Positions 40,708-53,703 of a stretch of DNA of 64,000 nucleotides are shown piece by piece. This DNA comes from Carcharhinus longimanus. Its lineage: Eukaryota. The notes beneath the pieces are model-generated. The model saw nothing but the letters and a program-made list of their open reading frames with translations. It searched no databases and was not told the origin of the DNA. The stretch spans positions 39,311,751-39,375,750 of the forward strand of contig JASCQW010000105.1 of NCBI GenBank assembly GCA_030264375.1, read 5' to 3'. The number at the start of each line of letters is the position of its first letter. Position 1 is the first letter of the stretch. A program made the translations under genes and the position numbers.

Positions 40708-40926
40708 CTTTGGCGAGCGTGGGTCAGGTGGTCGAGCAAAGAGTTCATCTTCAGCCAGCTGGACTCCTGCAGGAACAGTCTCAGACGGGCGTGTACCATT
40801 GTAGATATGAAATTTGCAATGAGGATTTAAGGCCATAGCAAGGAGTTCAAGAAGGGGAAACCAATCCTGGGACAGCTTGGCCACACACAGTTCTATGAGG
40901 CGATGAGTATTATTTATAATACATCT
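40708..40926 (-). CDS. USP9X: USP9X exon 6 ([29 protein letters not shown]...DPRSPK)
   Basis: 219 nt; overlaps ORF 40675..40884; ttttaag| and |gtttgg. Confidence 0.97.
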
Positions 40927-42169
40927 CTTAAAAGGGAAGAAAAAATATTAGTTATACTTTTAGCATGTAAAGTATTCAAAACAACACACTTCATGATGGA
41001 TATCAGTGAAACAGTAATTCAATTCCAACTCTGGTCAGATATACAAACTCAGTCTGAGCAACATAAAACACTGGTGGAAAATGTTCCATTAATAATAAAA
41101 CGTAGCCCAATTTGGCTAATGTACTCTGCTACCAATTCACTTTTTTCACGGTATTATTGCTGAAATTGAGCCATTAAATATTTAGCTGCTCAGCCTGGCT
41201 CCTACTTCATACTGGTATAGGCTATTGAGTTGGATTTCAGCCATGATCGTAATGAATTGCGGAGAAGGCTCGAGGGGCCAAATGGCCTCCTCCTGCTCCT
41301 ATCTTCTATGTTTCTGTGACGAGTATCCAAACCAGTCCCAGATTGAGAACAAACCCCAAGTAAGGTTTTGAACTTGGTTCCAATTTAGGACTGCATAGTT
41401 TTTGTCTGCAGGGAAAAGCAGAAAAGTTTTCACAATTAATTCTCTTACAAGGGAGATGCCTGTGGGTCGTGTTAATGCTAGCCTCACTTAAAAATCAAGT
41501 CACACTTTTTCAGCAAGATGAACTAAAAGATGTAATAGTACAAATAATTAGGCATGCAAAAACCAGAAGGATCACAGAAGAACATCTACTAACATCACAA
41601 ATTACTTCAGAACAATGCCCCATTCTCAGCTACAGACTGAAAGCTCAAACAGTATAGGTATTACTGTCCTCAATGCAATAATAGTATATTTATTTTTTTG
41701 GCGAAATAAAGATAAATTTTAAAGCCCAGTGTACAATTCTTTCTGTGTGCTTCTCCAAGTAATTGAAAAGAACTGATGAAATTAATCCATTCAGGCACTC
41801 TTTTGTTGAAGTACTGGCAAGTATGTTATTGCTGATCACAAGAAGCTTTTTAATAAAGCAAAGTGGAGCCAATAAATTTTGCATTCCTCCACTCCAACAT
41901 TATTTTTCAGACCCATAGCTTTTTCTATCGACTTCACAAAGATGATGAGGGTGGGGTACTATTCAGGGTGCACATCATCCTCTGGTGTGATCTTTATTGG
42001 TGAGGATTGGTACATCCAGATTCATGTAGCATCATGAATGAGGACAAAGAGAAAGGACAGTCATTTAAAATTAATCTAGCTGATAGCATTTGATTTAATT
42101 AATAGCAGAGCTGCGATGGAGTGAGAATGAGAATTTATTTTGCTTTAAATTCTATTCTAGGCCTGTCTT

Positions 42170-42880
42170 TATATTTTATCCATTTTACAGGATGTGGGCA
42201 TCACTGGCTAGGCAAACATTTATTGCTCATCACTAATTGCCCTTGAGGTGGTGGTAAGCTGCCTTCTTGAACAGCTGCAGTCCCAGAGGTGTAGGCACAG
42301 CCACAGTGTTGTTAGTGACAGTGAAGGAACAAATATATTTCCACATCAAGACGGTGAGCGACTTTGAGGGAAAATCTCCTGGTGGTCAGGTTCCCAGGTA
42401 TCTGCTGCCCTGGTACTTCTAGATGGTAGTGATCATGGGTTTGGACGGTGCTGCTTAAGGAACCTGGGTGAGTTTCTGCAGTGCATCACTAGTAGGGAGG
42501 ATTGAATGTTTGAGGAAGGGGCAACAGTCAAGTTGGCTGCTTTGTCCTGAATGATGTCAAGCTTCTTGAATGTTATTGGAGCTGCACTCATGCAGCAAGG
42601 AGAGTGTGTTCCATCATACTTGCCTTGTAGATAGAGAATAGCTTTGGGAAGTCAGTTGGTGAGGTTAATTACTACAGAATTCCTAGCTTTTGCTCTGCTT
42701 TTAATCACAGCATTTATTATGGTTATCCCAGTTACCATTCTGGTCAATGGTAACCCCGAGGATGTTTATACAGAGGTTGAGCATGATTGTGTTACTGAAT
42801 GTCAAGGGATGATGGCTAGATCTTCTCTCGTTGGAGACGGTTATTGCATGGCATTTGTATGGCACAAATGTCAGCCCAAG
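42170..42880 (-). mobile_element. CR1/L2-clade LINE 3' fragment
   Basis: INILGVTIDQ motif; 3' tail as at 2215. Confidence 0.8.
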
Positions 42881-43109
42881 CCTGATCAATTCAAGATCAG
42901 CATGTCTAGATCAAAAAATAATATATGCTTATATCAGGCTCATTTTTTCTCAAATTGAACTTGTGAAAATTTAAATTGTTTAGACCTGGTAAAGGTAATT
43001 GAAATAAACCAACAGCAATATAGATTTTAATTCCTCGATGCAGATGTGAATATTCTAAATATTTTTACTAAATATTTTCAAAAATGTACTTCTTAAACGG
43101 CTCTTGGTG

Positions 43110-44385
43110 CTACATTAGATAGAAGAGACAAGTATCTAGCTATGCTGACAACACAAAGCTTACTGGAAACATAAGCCACACAAGACCATAAAGACATATA
43201 GACAGGCTTAGTGATTGGGCAGCAAAGTGGCATATCATGTAATGTGGGAAAGTATTAAGTTATTCACTTTGGTTCTAAGANNNNNNNNNNNNNNNNNNNN
43301 NNNNNNNNNNNNNNNNNNNNNNNNNNNNNNNNNNNNNNNNNNNNNNNNNNNNNNNNNNNNNNNNNNNNNNNNNNNNNNNNACTTTGGTTCTAAGAACAGA
43401 AAAACAAAATATTTTATAAAAAGACATGAAACCCATAAATGTTGATGTTGCGTGTAATCATGCAAGGAACGAAATGTTAGTCTACATACTCTACAAGCAA
43501 TTAGGACAGCACCATGGCTAACACTGCTGCCTCTTTGTTCCAGGGACCCGGGTTGAACTCCCAGCTTGCGTTACTGTCTGTGTAGAGTTTGCATGTTCTT
43601 GCTGTGTCTGCATGGGTTTCCTCTAATGCTCTGGTTTCCTCCCACAGTCTGACAGATGTGCTGGTTAGGTGCATTAGCCATGCTAAATTCCCCCTCAGTG
43701 TACCCGAACAGGCACCGAGTGTGGCAACTAGAGGATTTTAATAGCAACTTCATTGCAGTGTTAATGTAAGCTTACTTGTGACGCTGAGAAATAAACTTGA
43801 TTACAAGGAAAATTGGAATACAAGGCTTGTATTCTTGCTATAACTATACAGGTCTTTGGTTAGTTCTCACTGGAGCACTACATTCAGTTTGTTCTCTTAA
43901 GGAATGTTATATTTTCAGTGAACTTGGTGCAACAAAGATTCAAGAGTTGGTTCCTGAAATGAGCGAGATGCCTTATGCAGAGTAGCTGAGTAATTGGGCC
44001 TATACTTTCTAAAGTGAAGAAAAATAAGAGGCAATCTCATTGAAACATACAGATTCTGCAGGGGTTTGACAGGGGGTGTTTCCCATGGTAGGGAATCTTG
44101 AACATGCGGCCAGGGTGTCAGGAAAAGGAGCCAAAGCGATAAGAAGAAATTTCTTCAAAGGGTGGTCAACCTTGGGGATTTTCTACCCCCAAATAGTGGT
44201 GAACGCTCCTTGGTGAATATACTTAAGGCAAAAATAAACAGATTTTCTGGATTCAGCGTAGCAAGAAAGATGAGGAGCAGGCAGGAAAGAGAAGTTAAGG
44301 CCAATGATCAGCCATGATCCTATTGAATCGTGAAGCAGATTCAGGTCATGCAGTCAACATCAGCTAATATTTCTATGTTCTTATG
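43110..44385 (+). mobile_element. CR1 LINE 3' fragment split by a SINE at 43505-43797
   Basis: YADNTKL-like and VIHFGSKN motifs; tail ttctatgttcttatg. Confidence 0.75.
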
Positions 44386-45324
44386 ATACATTAGCATTCA
44401 TTGCAAGAAGAATGACTTCAATAGCAAATCGTTTAACAATTAACAAATTTTTTAACAACACTAAATTAGGCATCTGATTCTATGAAAACTACTTTTCTGT
44501 TTATATGAACAATTCAAGCAAGTTAGGAATTCTTAATAATTTAGACAAAATAGTAACACCAATCCCTATTTCTTGTAGTGATGAATACAATCTTGAAGTT
44601 GCTGCAGAAGTTTGCTACAGTGCAAAATAATCAAATTATGCAATGCAAAATTCTGGCAACAACTTAAATGTGTTAGCTTTAATCTCAGACAGAACAAAAT
44701 GTGAATGCACCAGTTTTCAATAGGACAGCAAATTTCTTTATTAATTTTGACAGTGCAGCACTGATTAAATAGAATCTTTGAAAGTTCTTTCCACTTTTCC
44801 AGCCTCAATATACTTAGCTGCAATAGAACAAAGTATAAAACTTCAAGTACCAGGGTAGACAAACATAACGTACGTAACATATTTGAATTCTCAAAGCACC
44901 TTCAGTATGGTGCTGCAAAGCAGATGCATGACTAAAGTTGGAACATGTGAAAATAGCAGAATGGGTAGCAAGCTGCCACAAAAAGAAAGTAAAGACAGGG
45001 TTAAAAGTAGTTACTGAGTGAGACAAAGAATTGGAACCAGTTTTCCATAAAGGTCAGGTAGCGTGATAGAGATGTAAGAAGGGAATTCCAGAAGCTGGGA
45101 CCTTTCGTAACTCAAGCCAGAGGCCATAGTGGAACAATAATGAAAGGGTTGTTCAAAAAGCCAAGATCAGAGGAATGCAGATATTAGGGAGGTTCTTTTT
45201 CCCTTTATTCTTTCATAGGATTTGACATTATGGCAGAGCAAGCATTTGTTGTTCATTTCATTTGTCCTTGAACTGAATGGCTTCCTAAGCCATGCAGAGG
45301 CAATTTGAGTGTCAAACACATCTG

Positions 45325-45870
45325 AAAATTAGAGTGCAGATATCTCAAAATTGTGGGATTGGAAGAGACTAGAGAGATAAGGCAGGACAAGGCCATGAAG
45401 GGGCTTGAAAACATTGATTCGAATTTTAAGATCACAATGTGATTTGGCCAGAAGCCAATATAGGTCAGTGAGCACATGGGTGATGGGGGACTTGTAAGTT
45501 AAGACACGGGCAGCAGAGTGTATGGAGGGGGTAGAAAGTAGAAGAGCAGCCATGTGTGTGTTGGAATACAAGTTTAGAGGGTAACAAAAGCATGCATGAT
45601 GATTTCAGCAGCAGATAAGATACGGCAAGGTGGTATTATGCAGGTGGAGATGAGTAACCTTCGTAGTGCCACAATTAAGAAGTCAGAGGATCAAACGTGA
45701 CACTGAAATTGCAAACATGCTGGCTTGATCTCGAATTGTTACCAGGGAGGGGGATGAAATCAATTGTTAGGAAACAAGACTGAAGCCGGTCTAAAAATAA
45801 TGGGCTGCATGCTTCTCAATATTTAACTGGGGGAAATTTTAGTTCATCCAGCACCAGATGCCTGATAATT
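45325..45870 (-). mobile_element. L2-type LINE remnant
   Basis: SAARVLT..SPITHVLTDLYWL..FKPLHGL. Confidence 0.75.
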
Positions 45871-46963
45871 TAGCAACAGCTCATGTGTTAGGGGAATCAA
45901 AAATCTTACTTCTGTTCACCCACCCAGCAAGATAAAAACTTTTCTGCAAAATTCAAGAAATGATTCACTAACAGGTTTTAAGTGTTGGATTAGGTCATCA
46001 TCCAGGCTATGTGCCTTGATCTTCCTCCTATTAAGCTGCAACACCAAAATCAAAAGACTTTCTATGTCATCACCAAGGAAATCATTAAGAATCTTTTAGG
46101 CACTCGATCTAGAATAAACATAACTCAATGAATTTAATAGGACTTTAATTCATTTGAGAGACATGGGTATTGCTGGCTGGTCAGCATTTTTTGCCCATCC
46201 CTAGTTGCCCTTGAACTGAGTGGCTTGCTAGGCCATTTTGGCGGGCAGTTGGGAGTCAACCACATTGCTGTGACTCTGGAGCCACATGTAGGCCAGACCA
46301 GGTAAGGACAATAGATTTCTTCCATAGCGTACATTAGTGAACCAGGGAATAGTTTTTAAACATTCTTTCCATCATGCAAAACCATTATGAGACTAACTAT
46401 GATCCAAACATTGCCTTGCGTGGAATCTATTTGTCTTACTGTTTGTCCCTATTCATTAGGCCCAAAATGATATCTTGAGGCTTTATCTACCTGCATCTCC
46501 AAAGAATTTCGAATCTACATATCTGCATTAGTCCCTGCACATCCTTTGGTACCTAAATTGATCTACACACTCTTTGATTATCTTCTTAAAATACATTGCC
46601 TCACATTTGTAAACTCAAAAGCCAACAGTTAAACCTGCTAATTTTTTTGTGAAATTAAACAGTGGACAATGCTGATCCACACAGCAAAATCTTTATTTAA
46701 AATGCCACATTTGTGAGAATAGAGAAAAAAAAACTTCTGATAGTTGCTGCAAGGGTTGCCTTTTTCAAAACAAAAACCATATTATGAATGTGTATGTGAA
46801 GTTGAAGAAAATATTTGTGACAGTTCAATTGTATAGATGCTTAAAAAGACAGCATTTACTTAAGTAACGTTTAATTTAGCATGAAATGCTAAGGGCCTGA
46901 TACTCTGTTCTAAAATAAATACAAGCTTCATTAAATGAACTATACCTCAAGCAAAATACTTAC

Positions 46964-47076
46964 ATGGATCTCAAATTTCCAACCACTCACAGCCTCATCA
47001 GTTAGAATTTTTGTGAAGGAAATTGTGAGGCCATCACGAAAAAAGCGCTGACATGCTTCACTTTTAATATCAAGAC
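46964..47076 (-). CDS. USP9X: USP9X exon 5 ([37 protein letters not shown])
   Basis: 113 nt; ttcaag| and |gtaagt. Confidence 0.97.
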
Positions 47077-48476
47077 CTTGAAAATGAAAAAAATTACATC
47101 TCATCAAAACTACTGGCCATCTGAATGATCAATTCCCCAACAATAGTCAAATGCCTTAGAAACTAATGTTATTATAATTAAACTGTATAATGTAATTACC
47201 ATACATTATAATTTCCATAATATTCCTGCAGAAGAGAGTTAACAATGTCCCCCTCAGCTGCAGTACTTTACAGAAAACTTACTTTTCAAGACACTGAGGA
47301 TTTATGAAAGTTTTCAAGTTTGATGAACTGGATGGTTTTATAAACCCTCCAAATAGGAAAAAACACATTCAGCATAGCATTACTTGCTTCAAATTAAATC
47401 TTCCAACTGATATGACGATTAGTGCAGCCAGGGAGCACAGAGTACTTTTAGAGTGATCACAAATATTATCAAATAATGAGAAAGAATGCCACATCTGAGA
47501 TAAGGCATTGTGTTTTACTGCAGAAGCTGTTCCACTGTGTTGCATCATATCAGATCTTCAAAACGAAAAATTTTTGTTCAGACATCTGGTGGATTCATTT
47601 TTGACTAGTTGATACTAGTTTGCCTGAACACTGACTCATCATTCTTCATTGCAGTCCGACCACACAAGCATAAATGCAGCTGATACTGACCAAGGAAATT
47701 AACCAAGTGCCATGATCAGTTTCCAAGAACTGGAAGACTGCTGAGCCCATGAAAGTTAATGGCACTAAATCACGGATTGACCTGGAAAAAAATTTGTGAG
47801 AGAGAATACAAGTAGAGAAACTGTTTTAGCTAGTGTGTTGGGGAGCAAAACTCAGGTGGTACATTTAAGGTAGCCCAAAAGGGAATTCAGGACAGACTTC
47901 CTTGCCCAAAGTAGTTAAAATACAGAACTTGCGCCCAACTAAGGTTACAAGCACAGATGTGTCTAAAGGAAAACTAATGCAGAGCATAAAGGCCAGCCAG
48001 GGCCAGTTGAGCCATATGGCCTGTTTCTGTGCTTTATAGATCATGCAATTATATGCAAAACAAAATATATAATAGCTTTCTCAAGCTAGGTCAAGAGTGC
48101 ATGGATATGCTTTTGAGCCAGATAAATGAAAAATCTCTTACGAAGAAGATATCACCTACATCGTGCAAGACTTGGAATAGAAAAATTCTATCTTCCCTTT
48201 GAAAATATTATAATTCATAGCTTCCAAGAAAATGAATCATTCTAGATCAAACACCATAAGGCAGGAGCAACAGTTAACCAAAAGTAAACCATTGCTTATA
48301 GATGGCTCTCCGAATAACATTATTTCTCCAAAATAAAAACTACAGTTTTTCCTCACATGATTAAAACTAAGGCATTTTCCTCAATTCTTGTAATATTTCA
48401 ACAAGTCCGCCTGTTTGTATTCTAAAATCCAAGTCACTAATTTCTTCAGTATACATAACATCATTTCAAAACTTAC

Positions 48477-48556
48477 TTTTTTTACTAAGATCTATAGCAG
48501 CTTCTAGAAGAACTTCTAATTCACCTTTAGGCAACACTGGAACTACCCAACGAGGT
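48477..48556 (-). CDS. USP9X: USP9X exon 4 ([26 protein letters not shown])
   Basis: 80 nt; tttag| and |gtaagt. Confidence 0.97.
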
Positions 48557-48638
48557 CTAAAGGAAGCAAAAAGGCAAGTTAGAATAACATACACAAGAAT
48601 TAGCAATTTATTTAATTTGTCAATCTAGCTGCACTCAC

Positions 48639-48784
48639 CTATTAATCATATCATCCAGCTTTGCCAAATCAGTATGAGGAAATGCCGGCTCTTCCTCCTC
48701 AAGCTGAGGAGGTGCATCACCCTGACCTTGTTCATCAGGAGGACTCACTGGTGAGTTCTCACTTGATGTATTGGGAGAAGAGGT
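48639..48784 (-). CDS. USP9X: USP9X exon 3 ([12 protein letters not shown]...[10 protein letters not shown])
   Basis: 146 nt; caacag| acceptor and |gtgagt donor; frame continuous. Confidence 0.97.
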
Positions 48785-49494
48785 CTGTTGCAAAGGAAAA
48801 ACATACATTCAATGTTTAATCAATCAATATGATTTTATTGCAATCCATAAACTGTGGTCTATGCTCAATCCATTAAATGTTTCAATTAAGGATCAAATCC
48901 ATATTTTAAAATTTTCCCAAGAGTTTGATCCAGTCAGCTAAGGAAATTAATCTTTCCTACACTTTTTTTTCCAAGTAAAGTCCACTTTATTCCAATGATT
49001 GGGGTGCTTATAATTCTACAGTACATTATGATCACAACTGGATTTAGAGACAGAAAAATTATTAAATTAATAGTGACCAACATCTCTCAAATAAAACCTT
49101 GCGATGATCTAATTAATATTCCAACAAGATTAGAGAACAGTGTTTTGTCAAATTTTCTTAACGAAAAGCAGGTCCATCAATGGGTTCGATATTGCCATTT
49201 AGTAAAACACTAAATAGCACAAACCATAACTCAACTTTCATATCATGAATTTCAATGCAGAAGTAACATTTAGTGACAGCTTTAGCTCAGTGATAACAAT
49301 GCTGTCTTAAGAGTGAGGTTCAAACCCCAATCCAAGACACGAGCACAAAAATCTAAGTTGACACTTGGTGCAATCAGAACTGCCACTTTTTAGATGAGGA
49401 ACATATCTTTGGTGGATATAAAAACTATTCGAGAAAGTGCAGAACCATAGACCTCTATGCCCTGACAAGTACTTATCTTTTTATATTTATGTAC

Positions 49495-49674
49495 ATTGAG
49501 TCTGTGTCTTTATATGCCCTGTTTGTGAACTGAAATCCCACTCATCTGATGAAAGAGCAGCAAGCGCTCCGAAAGCTAGTGGTTTTTGCTACCAAATAAA
49601 CCTGTTGGACTTTAACCTGGTGTTGAGATGTCTTACTATGTTTAACTCAGTCCAACGCCAGCATCTCCACATCA
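49495..49674 (+). mobile_element. Penelope-type terminal repeat, single non-inverted copy
   Basis: Matches the right arm of 36085-36490 and ends ..cagcatctccacatca. Confidence 0.82.
49543..49581 (+). ncRNA. Minimal type-I hammerhead ribozyme motif, core intact
   Basis: CAU-CUGAUGA-AA-GAGC(AGCAAGC)GCUC-C-GAAA-GCUA-GUG. Confidence 0.7.
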
Positions 49675-50620
49675 CAAGTACTTATCTCTCAAACAACAGC
49701 ACAAAACATGATTGCCAATGTTTTGAGGCCTTGCCATGTGCAAATTACCTGGTATGTCCCCCAAGTTACAACAGCAAATACATTTCACCAGCTGCAAAGC
49801 AATTTGGGGAGCCACATGGTGGTAAAAGATGCATATAATTCCAAAGCCTTTCTTAGTAGCCTGGCTAAAAGAATTTTCATTGTGAATTTGAGACAATCAA
49901 TCCCTCATCACATTTTCAAACTAGGACTAAATCTGCTGCACGATTTTGGAGCCTGTGGTACTGAAGGGGTAGTGGCAGGGTGGACAATAAATAGACAGCA
50001 ACACTAAATAGGTGTTTCATTGACTGAAGGGATGTATGTCATGGTTTCCCCAGTGTTGTATTTTGGAAGGAAAAATGAGCCCAAGCAACTTAAATTAAAT
50101 ACAACTTTAGAAGGGTTGAAGAAACACAGACCCTTGAAGTTCATATATAAAAATCCAAAGATGAGGATGGTCAAAGACAAAAGTCTGAAAAATCTTTCCA
50201 AAGAATCACATAATTACAGCATTTTTATGATCTGTAGTGAAATGCAAATGTTTCTTTGGCATTTCAATGGGTAGAATTATTGGACTTCAGTTGGGTAGAA
50301 AAATTAGTTTTCCCCTTGATCACATTCTATTACCAACCATCACGGCTGTGGACCAACGCAACAAAATAATGAAGGTGACCTTCGCATTTAATGCGGTTTC
50401 TAAACATAATGCAAGGTGAAACAAATACTAACACAACAATATGACTGTGAAGACTTGTTCATAATTCTGTCTCAAGGTTTACAAACACTGCTCTTGTTGA
50501 CTGGTCCAGTTTTGTCTTTTAGTAGATCCTAGGTTTTAAGGCAATGAATCAAACCCAATCAACTTGGTTTCTATTGGAGTAGGAAACATCCTCAAGGGAA
50601 ATATCTGCTCAGGTAAGTCT

Positions 50621-50832
50621 ACACAGTAAGTCGTCTCACAACACCAGGTTAAAGTCCAACAGGTTTATTTGATAGCAAACTTTGCTACCAAATAATCCTG
50701 TTGGACTTTAACCTGGTGTTGTGAGACTTCTTACTNNNNNNNNNNNNNNNNNNNNNNCTGTTGGACTTTAACCTGGTGTTGTGAGACTTCTTACTGTGTT
50801 TACCCCAGTCCAATGCCAGCATCTCCACATCA
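50621..50832. mobile_element. Penelope-type fold-back insertion with up to 15-bp target-site duplication
   Basis: tcaggtaagtctaca at 50609-50623 and 50830-50844. Confidence 0.85.
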
Positions 50833-52717
50833 GGTAAGTCTACATCAGAGATCTTCATCTTGACAACATTATACCTGTGCTGGATTTTCTGCAGGTGAAG
50901 CAAAGCAAAGGTCTATGGAAAGGGAGGAGCAGAGGTTGAAAAACATTTCCAAGGGTGTAGGAATTCTGCCTAAAGGCTGAAATTTCTCATCCCTGGATAT
51001 AACTATGGTTGCCCATTAGGAAACCTGTGTGGGGCTTCAGCTATTCTCTGTATCCAGTAGAAAACTATATATCCAAGTTTTCCAACAATTCAGATAGGTA
51101 GGACTCCCTAAGTAATTTAGAGTACAGCATAATCCATTAATATCTGTTCATGGTATCAAGTGATTGGAAAAAATTATGGCAAATTGGTTTTAACATAAGT
51201 AACTTGGACCAAAAAGGATAGACTGTGAAAAAACTAGAAAGTGAAGATCCAAAGAGACCTGGGAGTTCAGATATATGGAGTACAATGATGTAGGAACGTC
51301 GACGTTTCACGTCTGCTCCACCTTTCAATAACGTCACAGCTGATCTGGTTGCGGTCTAAACTCCACTCTTCTGTCTGTCCACATAATCCAGGATCCCTTG
51401 TTTATCTAAAATCCAACTCAGTCCTGACTAAATTAAATGACCTAGCCCCCAGTTTTCTCTGGGGAAGAGAATTCCACATACTAATGATGCTCAAAAAAAC
51501 TGCATCTCAAACTTAAAAGGGAGACCACTAATAAAACTTGACAGACAAATAGGGTATGGCCTAAGGAAGAACTGATTAGTTCAGGGCCAAGATGCAGATT
51601 TGGATCCTGGAATTTTTTAAAGGCTGCATTAACATGGGGAGAGGGAATTTTTAAAAATCTTTAATGGGATCTGGGCATCATTGAAAAGGCCAGCATTTGC
51701 TACCCATCCCTAATTGCCCTTGCCAGGCCATTTCAAAGGGCAATTAAGAGTCAACCATATTGCTGTGGGCCTACATGTGGGTCAGACCATGTAAAGAGAG
51801 CAGCTTTCCTTCTCTAAAAGGAGAGAAGTTAACCAGTTTTACAACAGTTTCAATAGTGATGACAGTTTCATGGTCACCATTACTGATAATTGGCTTTCAA
51901 ATCCAGATTTTTAATCAACAGCATTTATTAAGTAATTGAATTTAAATTCCTTCATCTCCCATAGTGGGATTTAAGCCAGTGTCCCCAGGGTATTGGTTTA
52001 TAGGCACAATGCCATTACCACCACGTCATTGTCTTCCCTAAAGCTGATACGCATTTTAGAGTGTTGATTTGTTTAGAATGTTGAGATTGTCTCATCTGCT
52101 GAGGAGGAATTTGTTAAGGCGATCAAAACATAAGCAAATATTTCAGGGCAGATTATTGGACATGGTTTGGTCTGAAGCCTCCTCAGTGAAATGGAAGCTC
52201 TTAAATTCATTTTTTCAGATCTGTCGTTAGAGCATCAACTAGGCACAGAAAAGCCTCAAGAGCCATGTAATTGTAACAACATTGAGTTAAAAGCGAGTAA
52301 GCTTCTTCTTCTCTTGTTAAATCTGGGGTTGATACATTTTGTTAACCAAAGGCATTAAGGGATATGGAAAGATGCTAACTATGTGGAGTTGGCAATCATA
52401 ACTTCCTTACTTCACTGAATGATGTAACAGATTCAAGGAGCTAAACGGCCTATTCCTATTTGTCAATCTTTTGCATTAATGATGGTGAAAGGAGTCGAAA
52501 TGTAAATTTTCATAATTAAAGAAGAAATTTACAGTGTGGGCTTGGTGTTCTCATTGGACCTGATCCATATTGAGTTTAGATTTCAATGTAGTCTTGTGCG
52601 TTACAATCCCAGCTGATGTTACCCCTGGACAAGTCAAATCTCAGAACAGAACCTGGTTTGATCAAACCTAATTCTCTACACCCCCCCCCCCCACCTCCCC
52701 TCCAAGAAACCATGGAA

Positions 52718-53028
52718 TCAGAATAGAATCCCTATAATGCAGGAGGCCATTCGACCCATCACATCTACACTGACAACGTTCCACCCAGGCCCTATCCCCA
52801 TAACACCACACATTTACCCTAGCTAATCCCGCTGACAGTAAGGGGCAATTTAGCATGGCCAATCTACCAATCTGTAGATCTTCGGACTGTGGGAAGAACC
52901 CTGAGCACCAGAGGCAACCCACGCAGACACAGGGACAATGTGCAGATTCCACACAGACAATGACCCGAGGCCAGAATAGCCCTTGCAGTGTGAGGCAGCA
53001 ATGTTAACTGCTGTGTCACCATGCCGCC
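52718..53028 (-). mobile_element. HE1-like SINE
   Basis: Same signatures as the other copies. Confidence 0.8.
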
Positions 53029-53703
53029 CCTGGAGTGCAGTTACTGAACAGATTCAAAGTTTGCTGAAGAACTTTTAATTAAAAAAAATTAAAACAAAAA
53101 AAAAATGAATAATGTTACATTAGACAAAAAGGCTGGAAAGATTCCAATACAAAAATATGATTCAAATATTCACTGTTTCTTCACTCCACAACAATTTAAA
53201 ATTATATATCTATTTTTAAATTTCTTCCACTGATTAATTTTTCAATTTCCTGCTTTTTTTAAAATCCAGCTTTCCGATTTTTTTTTCCCCTTGTGACACC
53301 TCTCCCCATCCCATCAGGGCCATCTGTTATCTGTCTCAGGTTGTCCTTTCGTACTGTTGACCTTTGTTCTGCCATTTCCACATTCTGATCTCTTAAGTGC
53401 CTTTACCAGCACTCTCCTTACCTCCTCTGCCATGACATAAGCACTGAATTTATGGTCAACTTTAATCGATCACTAGCTAGCCTTCAATTCCAGCCTGATG
53501 TCCAATTCTGGGCTTCACACTTTAGGAAGAATATTCACAGCTTTGGGAAAGGTGGAGAGGAGATTTATGAAAGGAAACATTTCAGTTATCTGGAGAGCGC
53601 AGAGATGCTGAAATTGCTTTCTTTACAGCAGTGCATAGTGACAGAACACTGATTTCAAGTGTTAAGTGTTAACAGTTCATTGGTAACAAGTTCACTTTTC
53701 CTT

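Noticed and set aside
721-50832. Recurring ccaggttaaagtccaacagg repeats as a CRISPR array, miRNA cluster or classical MITE
   Set aside because: The copies are dispersed, with variable fold points, long TSDs and hammerhead motifs, which fits Penelope-type retroelement ends.
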